A stretch of DNA of 64,000 nt from an uncultured Bacilli bacterium (GTDB lineage Bacteria > Bacillota_I > Bacilli_A > RFN20 > CAG-449), in the NCBI GenBank assembly GCA_947627505.1, contig CANQWG010000003.1, positions 5,504 through 69,503 on the forward strand, written 5' to 3'. The position numbers and the translations under genes are program-made. How positions within the stretch are numbered: position 1 is the first letter of the stretch; the number at the start of each line of letters is the position of its first letter. Below are positions 8,009 to 17,482 of this stretch, piece after piece. The notes under the pieces are model-generated. The model was not told where the DNA came from. It did no database searches and was given only the letters and a program-made list of their open reading frames with translations.

Positions 8009-8910
8009 TATAATGTACCTCCTTTATCCATGAGATTAATGTAATATTCTTCTAAGTTAATTTTTTTAGTTTGGACATAAGTAGGTAAAATATTTTCACT
8101 ATATAGATAACTTACAACGTCTTTTGTCAAACAAGAATCATAAACACGAAGTTCATCATTTTCTTCAATAACCTTTTTATATCTTTTTTCTAATGCCCGT
8201 TTTGCTTCTATATTATCTTTTGCTTTTATCGCAACATAGGTCGGACATTCTTTTTCTAATTCTTCCGCTGTCATTTCTTTTATCATTTTTCCATTTCGAA
8301 TGATTCCATAATGCGTCGCTATTTTTTCAAGTTCACCTAAAATATGTGATGAAATTAAAACAGTACAACTTAAATTTTTTGTAATATCTATTAATACTTC
8401 TCGCATGATTCTCATTCCATCAGCATCAAGACCATTGATAGGTTCATCTAAAATTAATAGTTTAGGATTTCCAAGTAATGCAAAAGCAATACCAATTCTT
8501 TGTTTCATACCTAATGAACAATTTTTAAATTTATTCGAGGCTGATCCTTCCATTCTTACAATTTTTAAGACTCTTCTAATTTCTTCATTTTCATTTTTAA
8601 TACCTAAATTAGCAGCCTGGATTTTCATATTATCCCAAACACTGATATTAGGAAAACATCCTGGACTTTCAATTAAAACACCTATTTGAGACCTAATTTC
8701 TTGATCATGATAATCTTTATCAAATAATTTAATTGTGCCACTATTTGGTCTAATGAGTCCACATATGAGCTTTTCAGTTGTGGATTTACCAGAACCATTT
8801 TCGCCAATAAAACCATAAATTGCACCCATAGGTACTGTCATATTTAAATTTGATAAAGCTTGTTTTTCTCCATAATTTTTGGTTAAATTTCTAATTTCAA
8901 TTGCATTCAT
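8008..8910 (-). CDS. ABC transporter ATP-binding protein (paralog B)
   Basis: Walker A GENGSGKST, signature SLGMKQR, Walker B LLILDEP, H-loop SSHIL. Confidence 0.9.
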   Translation of the reverse strand: MNAIEIRNLTKNYGEKQALSNLNMTVPMGAIYGFIGENGSGKSTTEKLICGLIRPNSGTIKLFDKDYHDQEIRSQIGVLIESPGCFPNISVWDNMKIQAANLGIKNENEEIRRVLKIVRMEGSASNKFKNCSLGMKQRIGIAFALLGNPKLLILDEPINGLDADGMRIMREVLIDITKNLSCTVLISSHILGELEKIATHYGIIRNGKMIKEMTAEELEKECPTYVAIKAKDNIEAKRALEKRYKKVIEENDELRVYDSCLTKDVVSYLYSENILPTYVQTKKINLEEYYINLMDKGGTL

Positions 8911-8923
8911 AATTATTTACTCC

Positions 8924-9745
8924 TTAATAACAATCTCTTTTTGATAACACTAAGGTTCCCACTATGTTATAAATAACAGCCCAAACTAGACTTATGCCAA
9001 GACAAGTAATTAAACTGATGATATTTGATGATAAACAAGCATTCACGGATGAACCATATAAAAAGATATTTAAAATAGATGAATTCCCAACAATTGATGC
9101 TGCGCCAATGACAGGAATACCTGTTCCAAAAACAAAACATAAGGCGATAGAAATACCAAATTTTCTTCTAAAAATAATGTTAATAAAAGTATATAAACTT
9201 GCCCACCCTAAACTCATAATCATCTTGCCTAAAATGGCTAAAATAAGTGAACCAACATTTATGGTAAATGGAAGACCTGTAAAAGCACCTGAAAGAGTGC
9301 CCCCTATAAGATAAGTTATACACATACACATCATTGAAAAAGCACTAATAATGGTCTTAGACATCATATAATCTTGTTTTGTTGAATGAGTTGTAAATAA
9401 TTGTTTTACATAACCACTATGGTAATCATGTCCAATAAAGATTGAAATCATAATTCCCCCAAAAATAAAGACCATATTCATATTGGCATACTCACCAATA
9501 TTACTTATAACATACAAGGGTTTATCGGCAGCTATGATTTGCCAAGCATTAGTAAACATTCCTGCCGTTTCATTCGTATCCCCCATAGATCCCATAGAAA
9601 CTAAAGCTGGAATAATCGCAGCAATAAACAAAAAGATATAAAACAAAGGCGTATGAAATAAACGATAAAAATCGACACTTAACATTCCTTTAATCCTTTT
9701 AAAAAAAGATGGTTGTTCAAATTCTAAAGTGATTTCTTTTTCCAT
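8924..9745 (-). CDS. ABC-2 family transporter permease (paralog A)
   Basis: 273 aa polytopic membrane protein with the same architecture as 7226-8008. Confidence 0.75.
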   Translation of the reverse strand: MEKEITLEFEQPSFFKRIKGMLSVDFYRLFHTPLFYIFLFIAAIIPALVSMGSMGDTNETAGMFTNAWQIIAADKPLYVISNIGEYANMNMVFIFGGIMISIFIGHDYHSGYVKQLFTTHSTKQDYMMSKTIISAFSMMCMCITYLIGGTLSGAFTGLPFTINVGSLILAILGKMIMSLGWASLYTFINIIFRRKFGISIALCFVFGTGIPVIGAASIVGNSSILNIFLYGSSVNACLSSNIISLITCLGISLVWAVIYNIVGTLVLSKRDCY

Positions 9746-10644
9746 TATTTATTTACCTCCTTACTCATTAATTCAATATAATATTCTTCTAAACCAATTT
9801 TGTTTTGAATAATCTTACTAACTTCAAAGTGATTTGAAAGTAAAATATTCATCACTTTTTCTGTATCATCTTCATCAAAGATTTTTAAATTATTATCTAA
9901 CCTAACATCATTAAAATGTTTTTTTAAAATATTATAAGCTTCTTTATTATTATTCGTTTCAACTTCAATAAACGTCCGATTTCTTGCTTCCATTTCTTTT
10001 GCGGAAATTTCTTGAATCATTTTACCTTGACGAATAATTCCATAATGAGTTGCTATTTTTTCAAGTTCACCTAAAATATGTGATGAGATTAAAACGGTGC
10101 AATGATAATTTTTAGTAATATCCGCCAATATTTCTCGCATCATTTTCATTCCCTCAGTATCTAAACCATTGATAGGTTCATCTAAAATAAGTAAGGCTGG
10201 ATTTCCAAGTAATGCCATGGCAATACCAACTCTTTGTTTCATTCCTAAAGAACATTTTTTAAATGGAAGTTTAATGTGTTCTTCCATTTTCACAATCTTT
10301 AATACCCTATGAATTTCTTCATCAATATTTTCAATTCCTAAATTTAGTGCTTGCATTTTCAAATTAGCATAAATACTAGAGTTTGGAAAACATCCGGCAT
10401 TTTCAATTAAGGCACCTACTCTTGCTCTTACACCTGGGTCAGTATAATCTCTACCAAATAATTTAATTTCACCCTTATTTGGTACTAAGTGACCACAAAT
10501 ACATTTTTCAGTTGTTGATTTACCTGAGCCATTTTCACCTATAAATCCATAAATTGCTCCAACAGGTACAGTCATATGAAAATCATCAAGTGCATACAAA
10601 CCGCGAAAACTTTTTGATAAATTTTTTATTTCTATTGCGTTCAT
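9745..10644 (-). CDS. ABC transporter ATP-binding protein (paralog A)
   Basis: ~60 percent identical to 8008-8910 by eye (GAIYGFIGENGSGKSTTEK identical); start at MNAIEI with RBS AAAGGAG. Confidence 0.9.
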   Translation of the reverse strand: MNAIEIKNLSKSFRGLYALDDFHMTVPVGAIYGFIGENGSGKSTTEKCICGHLVPNKGEIKLFGRDYTDPGVRARVGALIENAGCFPNSSIYANLKMQALNLGIENIDEEIHRVLKIVKMEEHIKLPFKKCSLGMKQRVGIAMALLGNPALLILDEPINGLDTEGMKMMREILADITKNYHCTVLISSHILGELEKIATHYGIIRQGKMIQEISAKEMEARNRTFIEVETNNNKEAYNILKKHFNDVRLDNNLKIFDEDDTEKVMNILLSNHFEVSKIIQNKIGLEEYYIELMSKEVNK

Positions 10645-10660
10645 TGTTTCTCCTTTCAAA

Positions 10661-10748
10661 ACCACATTTGTTGTTTTTACACTAGTATTATAGTATAATT
10701 TGTTTGTAATTTACCCAACAATAAATCAAACATGTGTTGTTTTCACAA
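10661..10748. promoter_or_regulatory. divergent promoter region with two ~20-bp direct repeats (candidate TetR operators)
   Basis: ACATTTGTTGTTTTTACAC (10664-10682) and ACATGTGTTGTTTTCACAA (10729-10747); a TATAAT on each strand between them. Confidence 0.4.
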
Positions 10749-10785
10749 AAATATTATTATTCAAAACATTATACAAGGAGTAATT

Positions 10786-11373
10786 ATGGGAAAATCAGAA
10801 GTCAAATATCAAAATACATCTATTAAAATGGATAAGGCTATGTTAAAGCTATTGGAAGAAAAAGATTTTTTAGATATTAGTGTATCAGAAATTTGTATAG
10901 AAGCTGGTGTAAATAGATCTACATTTTATGATCATTATTTAAATACCAGTGATTTGTTAAAAGAAACACAAAAAGAAATTATGAAAGATTTTACTCTTTA
11001 TTTTAATAATTATTCTATTGAGTTCCCTGACTTTTCAAAAAATAATAGTGAAGAGTTTCTTTTCATATCGCCTAAATATCTAATTCCCTATTTAGAATAT
11101 GTAAAAAAACATAAAAAACTTTTTAAAACTTATTTATCTAATCTTTCTACTTTCAATGTCGATGAAGCTTATAGTGATTTATTTGAATATGTTTTGAAAC
11201 CTGTCTTTATTAGAATGGGTGTTGAGAATGATTTAATTATGAACTATATGTCAAAGTTTTACTTATCTGGTGTAACTGCAATTGTAAATGAGTGGATTAA
11301 TCGTGATTGTCAAGATGATATGTTATTTGTTGTTGAAATAATCATTGCCTGCATACCACAACAAACAAGTTAA
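10786..11373 (+). CDS. TetR/AcrR family transcriptional regulator
   Basis: HTH ISVSEICIEAGVNRSTFYDHY; start at MGKSEV with RBS AAGGAG; divergent from the ABC operon. Confidence 0.8.
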   Translation: MGKSEVKYQNTSIKMDKAMLKLLEEKDFLDISVSEICIEAGVNRSTFYDHYLNTSDLLKETQKEIMKDFTLYFNNYSIEFPDFSKNNSEEFLFISPKYLIPYLEYVKKHKKLFKTYLSNLSTFNVDEAYSDLFEYVLKPVFIRMGVENDLIMNYMSKFYLSGVTAIVNEWINRDCQDDMLFVVEIIIACIPQQTS

Positions 11374-11411
11374 TATCAAAAATTTCTTCCAAGTTAAATA
11401 CATCAAAAAAA

Positions 11412-11458
11412 GGTCCTAGAAAAATGCAACTTCGCACTTACTAAGACCTATTTTTCTT
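11412..11458 (+). terminator. hairpin plus T-run after tetR; copy 2 of the conserved hairpin element
   Basis: GGTCCTAG...CTAAGACC stem, loop AAAAATGCAACTTCGCACTTA, then TATTTTTCTTT. Confidence 0.55.
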
Positions 11459-11490
11459 TAAAACTACATAGACGTTGAGAGTCGAACTCT

Positions 11491-11543
11491 ATAAAAAACA
11501 GACTGACACCATTGCAAACTTGTTTGCATTAGTATCAATCTGG
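11491..11543 (-). terminator. compound rho-independent terminator downstream of tRNA-His
   Basis: Minus strand CAGATTGA...TCAGTCTG outer stem enclosing TGCAAACaagTTTGCA, followed by UUUUUUAU. Confidence 0.6.
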
Positions 11544-11554
11544 TTCTTTCAATA

Positions 11555-11631
11555 TGGGGCGAACGATGGGAATCGAACCCACGAGTGTCTGGTTCACAGC
11601 CAGATGTGTTAACCACTTCACCACATTCGCC
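11555..11631 (-). tRNA. tRNA-His (anticodon GUG) with encoded G-1 and 3' CCA
   Basis: Minus-strand sequence GGCGAATG...GTGGGTTCGATTCCCATCGTTCGCCCCA; anticodon loop CUGUGAA; G-1:C73 pair characteristic of tRNA-His. Confidence 0.9.
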
Positions 11632-11702
11632 ATTAGCGTTTTAATTCTAACCAAAGATAAGGTTTTTGTAAAGAGTTATTTTATCAAAAACCTAAAACGC
11701 TT

Positions 11703-12371
11703 TTATTCTGCATTGTCATTAACAAAAGAATCAAATTCGACTATGCTCTTTAATATTCCAATTACTAGCATTACATCATCTTTTTTTAATTTATCATTGC
11801 CTCTTGGAATGAAAAAATCACCACCGCGAATTACACCCACCACATTAACTTCAAACTTATTACGAACATCCATTTCAATCAAAGTCTTAGCCATATCATG
11901 CTTTAGTTTTATTTGTAGCAAACTATAATCGTTGGTTACTTTATAGTAATCAAGAACATTGTCGCTTGAAATATGGTTTGCCAAAGAAATTGCCGATGCC
12001 TCTTCTGGAATAATAGTGTCGGTAGCTCCTAAACGTTGCATTACCGATTCATATTGTTCGTCATCGACGCGAACAGTGATTTTCTTAACACCTAATTCTT
12101 TAAGGTTGATAGTCGCTAAAATTGTGGCTTGCAGATTATTGCCTATCGCCACTACGGCATGATCAATATTGCTGATTCCGATTTGTTTTAAAACATTGAT
12201 TTTAGTAGCATCACCGATCACACATGCATCTGTAAATTCATTTGCCTGTGCCACACAATCTTCATTGATATCGATCGCTAAAATATCCGCTTTCATTTCG
12301 GCTAAAGTTTTGACGATTGCTAATCCAAAGCGTCCCAATCCGATAACCATAAAACTCTTTTTAGTTTTCAT
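11703..12371 (-). CDS. ktrA: Ktr/Trk potassium uptake system NAD-binding subunit
   Basis: Rossmann motif MVIGLGRFGLAIVKTL; 222 aa with RCK_N plus RCK_C. Confidence 0.85.
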   Translation of the reverse strand: MKTKKSFMVIGLGRFGLAIVKTLAEMKADILAIDINEDCVAQANEFTDACVIGDATKINVLKQIGISNIDHAVVAIGNNLQATILATINLKELGVKKITVRVDDEQYESVMQRLGATDTIIPEEASAISLANHISSDNVLDYYKVTNDYSLLQIKLKHDMAKTLIEMDVRNKFEVNVVGVIRGGDFFIPRGNDKLKKDDVMLVIGILKSIVEFDSFVNDNAE

Positions 12372-12383
12372 TCTTTTTCCTCC

Positions 12384-13718
12384 TTATCCGATGATAATTT
12401 TTTCTTCGAGATAACGAACCTCGCCTTGTGTTTCAAGATTCCATTTTTTATTCCATAAACTCATAATGGTAAGAGGTCCAACACGTCCTAAAAACATCGT
12501 AAGACAAATCAATAGTTTCGCGACAACACTTAAACTAGAGGTAATTCCCATTGAAAGTCCTACCGTTCCAAATGCTGAAACCACTTCAAATAATATCGCA
12601 TTTAAGGGGAGATTTGAATCCGTAAAACTGATAACAAGCGCAATAAGCATAATGTACATTACTGAAATGGAAACAAGCGAAAAAGCTTTGATAATCGTTT
12701 TATTAGATAAACTTTTGTAACCAATTCTCGGATTTTTACCTTTAGCAAATGCGATGATTGCAAGAATAATCGCGAAGAAAGTTGTGGTTTTAACCCCTCC
12801 ACCAGTTGAGCATGGCGAAGCACCGATAAACATTAGCATAATAATGACTATCAATCCCGAATTGGAAAGCGCCTCTAAATCAAATGAAGCAAATCCCGCG
12901 GTTCTAGAACTAATCGAAGTGTTGAAAGCTTGAAACCAAGAGATTTGATTCCACATCGCAAGTTTAATAAATAAGGTACCAAATACAATCAATATGGCAG
13001 AACTGATAAGCACGATTTTCGAATGAACATTTAAGCGTTTTAAACTCTTTTTATCCAAAAAATCAGTTATAACGATAAAACCGATGCCACCTAAAATGAT
13101 CAAAAGATCCGTATTGATATTTAATAAAATATTATCATGCAATCCGATCATACTATCCCCCGTTCCAAAAATATCAAAACCAGCGTTATTGAAACTGGAA
13201 ATAGCATGAAAAATCCCAACACCGAGGGCTTGAAAGAAGTTATTATAATGTGGCCATAAAATCAAGGTGTTCAAAATGGCACCGATGGCTTGAATCGTCA
13301 ATGAAATTACGATAATGCGCTTTATCAACTTACTGATGCCTTCGGTTTGATTTTGATTGAGCGCTTCTTTCATCATCATTCTTTTCGACATATTTAATTT
13401 CCGTCCGAAAATAATGAAAAAGAAGATTGCAATAGTAAGTATGGAAAGACCTCCGATTTCAATCAAGATACAAATTACTGCTTTTCCAAACACCGTGAAT
13501 GTGCTTTCTAGATTGGCGATGGTGCTTAATCCCGTCACGCAAACCGCCGACACCGTCATGAACAAAGCGTCTAGAAAATCAAGGCTAATGTTAGATTTAG
13601 TTGCAAAAGGCAATAACAATAAAAGAGTTCCCAATAAAATAATTGCTAAAAAACTAGCGACAATCCTTAAATATGGCGAACTTTTTCTTCCTTTTAACTT
13701 TAACTTTAAAAGTTTCAT
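12384..13718 (-). CDS. ktrB: Ktr/TrkH family potassium transporter membrane subunit
   Basis: 444-aa polytopic protein with repeated GFxxxG selectivity-like motifs (TGLSTI, NAGFDIFG, STGGG). Confidence 0.85.
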   Translation of the reverse strand: MKLLKLKLKGRKSSPYLRIVASFLAIILLGTLLLLLPFATKSNISLDFLDALFMTVSAVCVTGLSTIANLESTFTVFGKAVICILIEIGGLSILTIAIFFFIIFGRKLNMSKRMMMKEALNQNQTEGISKLIKRIIVISLTIQAIGAILNTLILWPHYNNFFQALGVGIFHAISSFNNAGFDIFGTGDSMIGLHDNILLNINTDLLIILGGIGFIVITDFLDKKSLKRLNVHSKIVLISSAILIVFGTLFIKLAMWNQISWFQAFNTSISSRTAGFASFDLEALSNSGLIVIIMLMFIGASPCSTGGGVKTTTFFAIILAIIAFAKGKNPRIGYKSLSNKTIIKAFSLVSISVMYIMLIALVISFTDSNLPLNAILFEVVSAFGTVGLSMGITSSLSVVAKLLICLTMFLGRVGPLTIMSLWNKKWNLETQGEVRYLEEKIIIG

Positions 13719-13877
13719 TTTAATCAGCCTCTTTATTGCTAATTATTATAGCACTATAAATATCAAAATCATAATTTGTAAAGTAAAATAATAAAAATCT
13801 ATTATTTAAAACGAAAATAAATTAAAATTATATTTTGCTAATAACTTATGTTATAATGCTCGAAGAGGAGAATCCTA

Positions 13878-14750
13878 ATGTCTAATAAATATGTAATTAT
13901 CACAGATAGTTGTTCTGATTTAACAACCGAAATTATCGAAAAATATCACTTATACGTGATTCCGATGTCCTTTAATATTAAAGGAAAAAATTATCTAAAT
14001 TATCCTGATGAACGGGAAATTAAAACTCACGATTTCTATGAGATGATGCGTAACAAAGAAATAGCCACCACATCACAAGTTGCACCTAACGACTTTTTGA
14101 AAGTTTTTGAAAAATATCTTCAAGATGGTTACGATATTTTATCGTTGTCATTTTCAAGTGCTCTTTCCGGAACCTATAATTCCTCTTTAGTGGCTAAAGA
14201 TGTATTACAAGAACAATATCCGGAACGAAAAATTGTTTGTGTCGATTCCCTTTGCGCTTCGATGGGCGAAGGATTATTCGTGTATTATGCCGCAAAAATG
14301 CAACAAGAAGGTAAAACCCTTGAAGAAGTGGCCGCTTGGTTAGAAGAAAACAAACTTCATTTTGCCCACTGGTTTACGGTCGATGATATCGGAACCTTAA
14401 AAAGAGGCGGCCGTTTATCGGCAACCAAAGCCTTTTTAGCGACTATTTTAAACTTCAAACCAGTTCTTCACGTTTCAGATGAAGGTAAGTTAGTCCCAGC
14501 TTTTAAAGTCAGAGGTCGTAGAAAATCAATTATGACCATTATCGAACAAGTGAAAGCGACCATCACCAATCCTGAAGGACAAACGATTTTCATTTCTCAT
14601 GGCGATAGTTTTAACGAGGCCAAAGAAATTGGCGATGAATTAGAACAAAGTTTAAAGGTCAAAGTTATCTACAATTCAATCGGTCCAGTAATTGGAGCAC
14701 ACTCTGGTCCTAACACTCTCGCCGTGTTCTTTTTAGGAAATAAACGATAA
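13878..14750 (+). CDS. degV: DegV family fatty-acid-binding protein
   Basis: YVIITDSCSDL N-terminus and DegV-length (290 aa); RBS GAGGAG. Confidence 0.85.
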   Translation: MSNKYVIITDSCSDLTTEIIEKYHLYVIPMSFNIKGKNYLNYPDEREIKTHDFYEMMRNKEIATTSQVAPNDFLKVFEKYLQDGYDILSLSFSSALSGTYNSSLVAKDVLQEQYPERKIVCVDSLCASMGEGLFVYYAAKMQQEGKTLEEVAAWLEENKLHFAHWFTVDDIGTLKRGGRLSATKAFLATILNFKPVLHVSDEGKLVPAFKVRGRRKSIMTIIEQVKATITNPEGQTIFISHGDSFNEAKEIGDELEQSLKVKVIYNSIGPVIGAHSGPNTLAVFFLGNKR

Positions 14751-14811
14751 TCTAGTTACTTAATATTTTTTTGAGTTATAATAATCATAGAGTCTATTTA
14801 GGAGGAATACT

Positions 14812-16497
14812 ATGCCTGATAAAATAAAATTTTTCGCATTAGGTGGCCTTGATGAAAGCGGAAAAAATATGTTTGTCTTGGAAATAAATGGCGACATTTT
14901 TGTTCTTGACGCCGGATTAAAATATCCCGACAAGTACATTCCCGGTGTCGACACTATCATTCCAAAATACGATTATTTAAAAGAAAACAAACAACGTATC
15001 GTCGCTTTTTTGATAAGTCATGGGCACGATGATCAAATGGGGGCTTTGCCTTATATATATCAAGATATAAAGGCTCCTATTTATTGTTCCAAAATCACCT
15101 CTAAGATGATCGATTTGACCACCAAAGAATTTAAGTTAAAAGGCAATAATTACGACTATCACTTTATTGAAGATGGTGACACGTTAAATATCAAAGGTCA
15201 TAAAATTCTTGTAGCTGGGATGACACATTCAATTTCCGGAGCTTTTTCGTTTTGCTTTGATACCGATCATGGCTATATAGTATATACTGGTGATTTTATC
15301 GCCGATTACGGTGCTCCCAAAAATCATCGAATGAATCTCGCTTTATTGGCGGAAGTCGCTTCAAAAGGAGTCTTGTTATTGCTCAGTGAATCAGCGGATG
15401 CCGATAAAGTCGGTCACACTTCACCCTATCATCGACTAACCCCACACATCGATTCGCTATTTACCGATTCGCCAGGGCGCATTTTTATCGCCCTTTATTC
15501 CCAAAACGTTTTTAATCAACAAGAAGTGATCGATCTTGCTAACCGCACTAACAAAAAAATCATCTTCTACAATGGCGATAACGAACTTGATCGTGTCACT
15601 GATTTGCGGGACAAAGGTTTAGAAAACATCGATACCAAGGTAGTCTATCCTTTCAATGAAATCGAACGACTTCGCAGTCAAGATACTTTGGTATGCATTT
15701 CCGGATCCGGAGAAAAATTATTTGACACTCTTTCTGAAATCGGAAATCAAGAAGATCGCAATCGCATTTTCAATATTGTCGAAAACGATACTTTTATCGT
15801 CGCTTGTCCTCCAGTTCCTGGCACTGAAACTTGTGCAACACCGGCTCTTGATAGTCTCTATCGAACCGGTGCCAAAGTCATCAATTTGACACGCAAAGAC
15901 ATCTTTTCGATGCACGCTAGAGAAGAAGATTTAAAAATGTTAATATCATTATTAAGACCGAAGTACTATCTTCCTATCAAAGGTGATTTTAAAAATTTGA
16001 TGGCCAATGCTAAAATTGCTTTAAATATGAATATGCATTACAATCATTCAAATATATTCGTGTTTGATAACGGCATGGTTTTAAATATCGATAATGGCAT
16101 CGCCAAACCCGATTTCAAAAATCAAATTCCAGTCGGCGACATCATGGTCGATGGGATGGATGTCGGCAATCTTAAATCAAGTGTGATTACCGAACGACAA
16201 AAAATGGCAAATGATGGCGTGATTGTCTTAGGAATTACCATTTCATTAAAAGAAAAGAAGATTACTAATGGCCCGGATGTTCAAATGCGTGGTTTTATCT
16301 TCTTGAAAGACTCTGAAGCCATCGTTAAAGAAATCACCAATATCTTCGTCACTAATACCAACAATTTTTTAAGCGGAGCTTTCCCCTCCATCGAAGAAAC
16401 TGAAAACAAAATCAGCGATAGAATATTCAAATATGTTCGTTCTCAAACCGGAAAAACACCTTTGATTATTCCTCAAATTATCAATATCGATGAATAA
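14812..16497 (+). CDS. rnj: ribonuclease J (metallo-beta-lactamase/beta-CASP)
   Basis: HGHDDQMGALPY zinc motif, 561 aa, RBS AGGAGG. Confidence 0.9.
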   Translation: MPDKIKFFALGGLDESGKNMFVLEINGDIFVLDAGLKYPDKYIPGVDTIIPKYDYLKENKQRIVAFLISHGHDDQMGALPYIYQDIKAPIYCSKITSKMIDLTTKEFKLKGNNYDYHFIEDGDTLNIKGHKILVAGMTHSISGAFSFCFDTDHGYIVYTGDFIADYGAPKNHRMNLALLAEVASKGVLLLLSESADADKVGHTSPYHRLTPHIDSLFTDSPGRIFIALYSQNVFNQQEVIDLANRTNKKIIFYNGDNELDRVTDLRDKGLENIDTKVVYPFNEIERLRSQDTLVCISGSGEKLFDTLSEIGNQEDRNRIFNIVENDTFIVACPPVPGTETCATPALDSLYRTGAKVINLTRKDIFSMHAREEDLKMLISLLRPKYYLPIKGDFKNLMANAKIALNMNMHYNHSNIFVFDNGMVLNIDNGIAKPDFKNQIPVGDIMVDGMDVGNLKSSVITERQKMANDGVIVLGITISLKEKKITNGPDVQMRGFIFLKDSEAIVKEITNIFVTNTNNFLSGAFPSIEETENKISDRIFKYVRSQTGKTPLIIPQIINIDE

Positions 16498-16498
16498 A

Positions 16499-16521
16499 GC
16501 GACAATCGTCGCTTTTTTTAT
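16499..16521 (+). terminator. rho-independent terminator after rnj
   Basis: AGCGACAATCGTCGCT hairpin followed by T7. Confidence 0.8.
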
Positions 16522-16671
16522 GAGTTTAATTAGAATTTAATTTACTTTGTCATTTAATGTAATTAACGAAAGCATCCGCCAAAATATCAAAATTGTTGTT
16601 ATAACATGTTCGTCATGATACAATTGTCTAAGAATTTATTTTAAATACTTTTGAAGGGATTGTGGAATAAT

Positions 16672-17259
16672 ATGTTTTGTAAAAATTGTGGTAAAGAAAT
16701 CTCCGACGATGCAAAATATTGTCCTTATTGCGGAGTTGAACAATCAAATATCGAACCTATTAAAAATGTTTCCGTGAAAGAAGAAAATACTTCTATTCCA
16801 CCTGAAAAACATAAAAAGAAATCTCATCGCTTATTATTTGTCATGATCATCTTCGGTTTTTGTATATTCGGATTTGTTAAGTTTATGCAGTATCAACAAT
16901 CGAGAAGTTTGGTCGGAGAAGATATAGTACAAGGAAATCATGATGGAGATATGCAATTATTCAAACGTTCGGCAAATCTTAATGATATTTCTGTGAATAC
17001 TAGTGCGTCTTTTGAAAGTCTTGGTATGAAATATACCATCATCCCATTAACTGATATTGAAGGATTCGAAATAACTATCAACTACTTGAATAGCGATAAA
17101 ATAATTCTTCATTCTTTAGTCAAACCTCTTGGAAATGTCAAGAAAAACGTTCAAATAAACTTCTCTGTCTCCCTATTTGACTTAGGATTAACGACATCGG
17201 CAAATATTGTATATGAGTCTTATGCCGTAACGGGAGGAACTGTATCTTATTTTAAATAA
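16672..17259 (+). CDS. zinc-ribbon domain membrane-anchored protein
   Basis: N-terminal CxxC-x13-CxxC (FCKNCGKE...CPYCG), one TM helix; ATG start preferred over the TTG start used by the track. Confidence 0.5.
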   Translation: MFCKNCGKEISDDAKYCPYCGVEQSNIEPIKNVSVKEENTSIPPEKHKKKSHRLLFVMIIFGFCIFGFVKFMQYQQSRSLVGEDIVQGNHDGDMQLFKRSANLNDISVNTSASFESLGMKYTIIPLTDIEGFEITINYLNSDKIILHSLVKPLGNVKKNVQINFSVSLFDLGLTTSANIVYESYAVTGGTVSYFK

Positions 17260-17310
17260 CCATATAAATAATGCTTTATTTAACATATTCTCTTTTTGAC
17301 ATCAAAAAAA

Positions 17311-17343
17311 ACAGATTGATGCAGAATCAATTTGTTTCTTTTA
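17311..17343 (+). terminator. rho-independent terminator
   Basis: ACAGATTGATgcagaATCAATTTGT hairpin followed by TTCTTTTAT. Confidence 0.6.
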
Positions 17344-17482
17344 TGAAATTTTTTTCATTGAATTTTTTAATTATAAATATTTTTGTTGAATATTATAGAT
17401 AAAAGAGGTAGAATCTTGTACAAATTTACAATTTAAAAACAATTGTAATTTTCTATATCTATGTAGATACAAGGAGGAATTA

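Noticed and set aside
11461-11550. Possible second tRNA next to tRNA-His (TTCGACTC-like T-loop sequence)
   Set aside because: No acceptor stem or cloverleaf can be drawn; the segment folds as a compound terminator hairpin instead
11554-11928. 124-aa plus-strand ORF from the track
   Set aside because: Its 5' part is the reverse complement of tRNA-His and the rest overlaps ktrA antisense; no RBS; spurious
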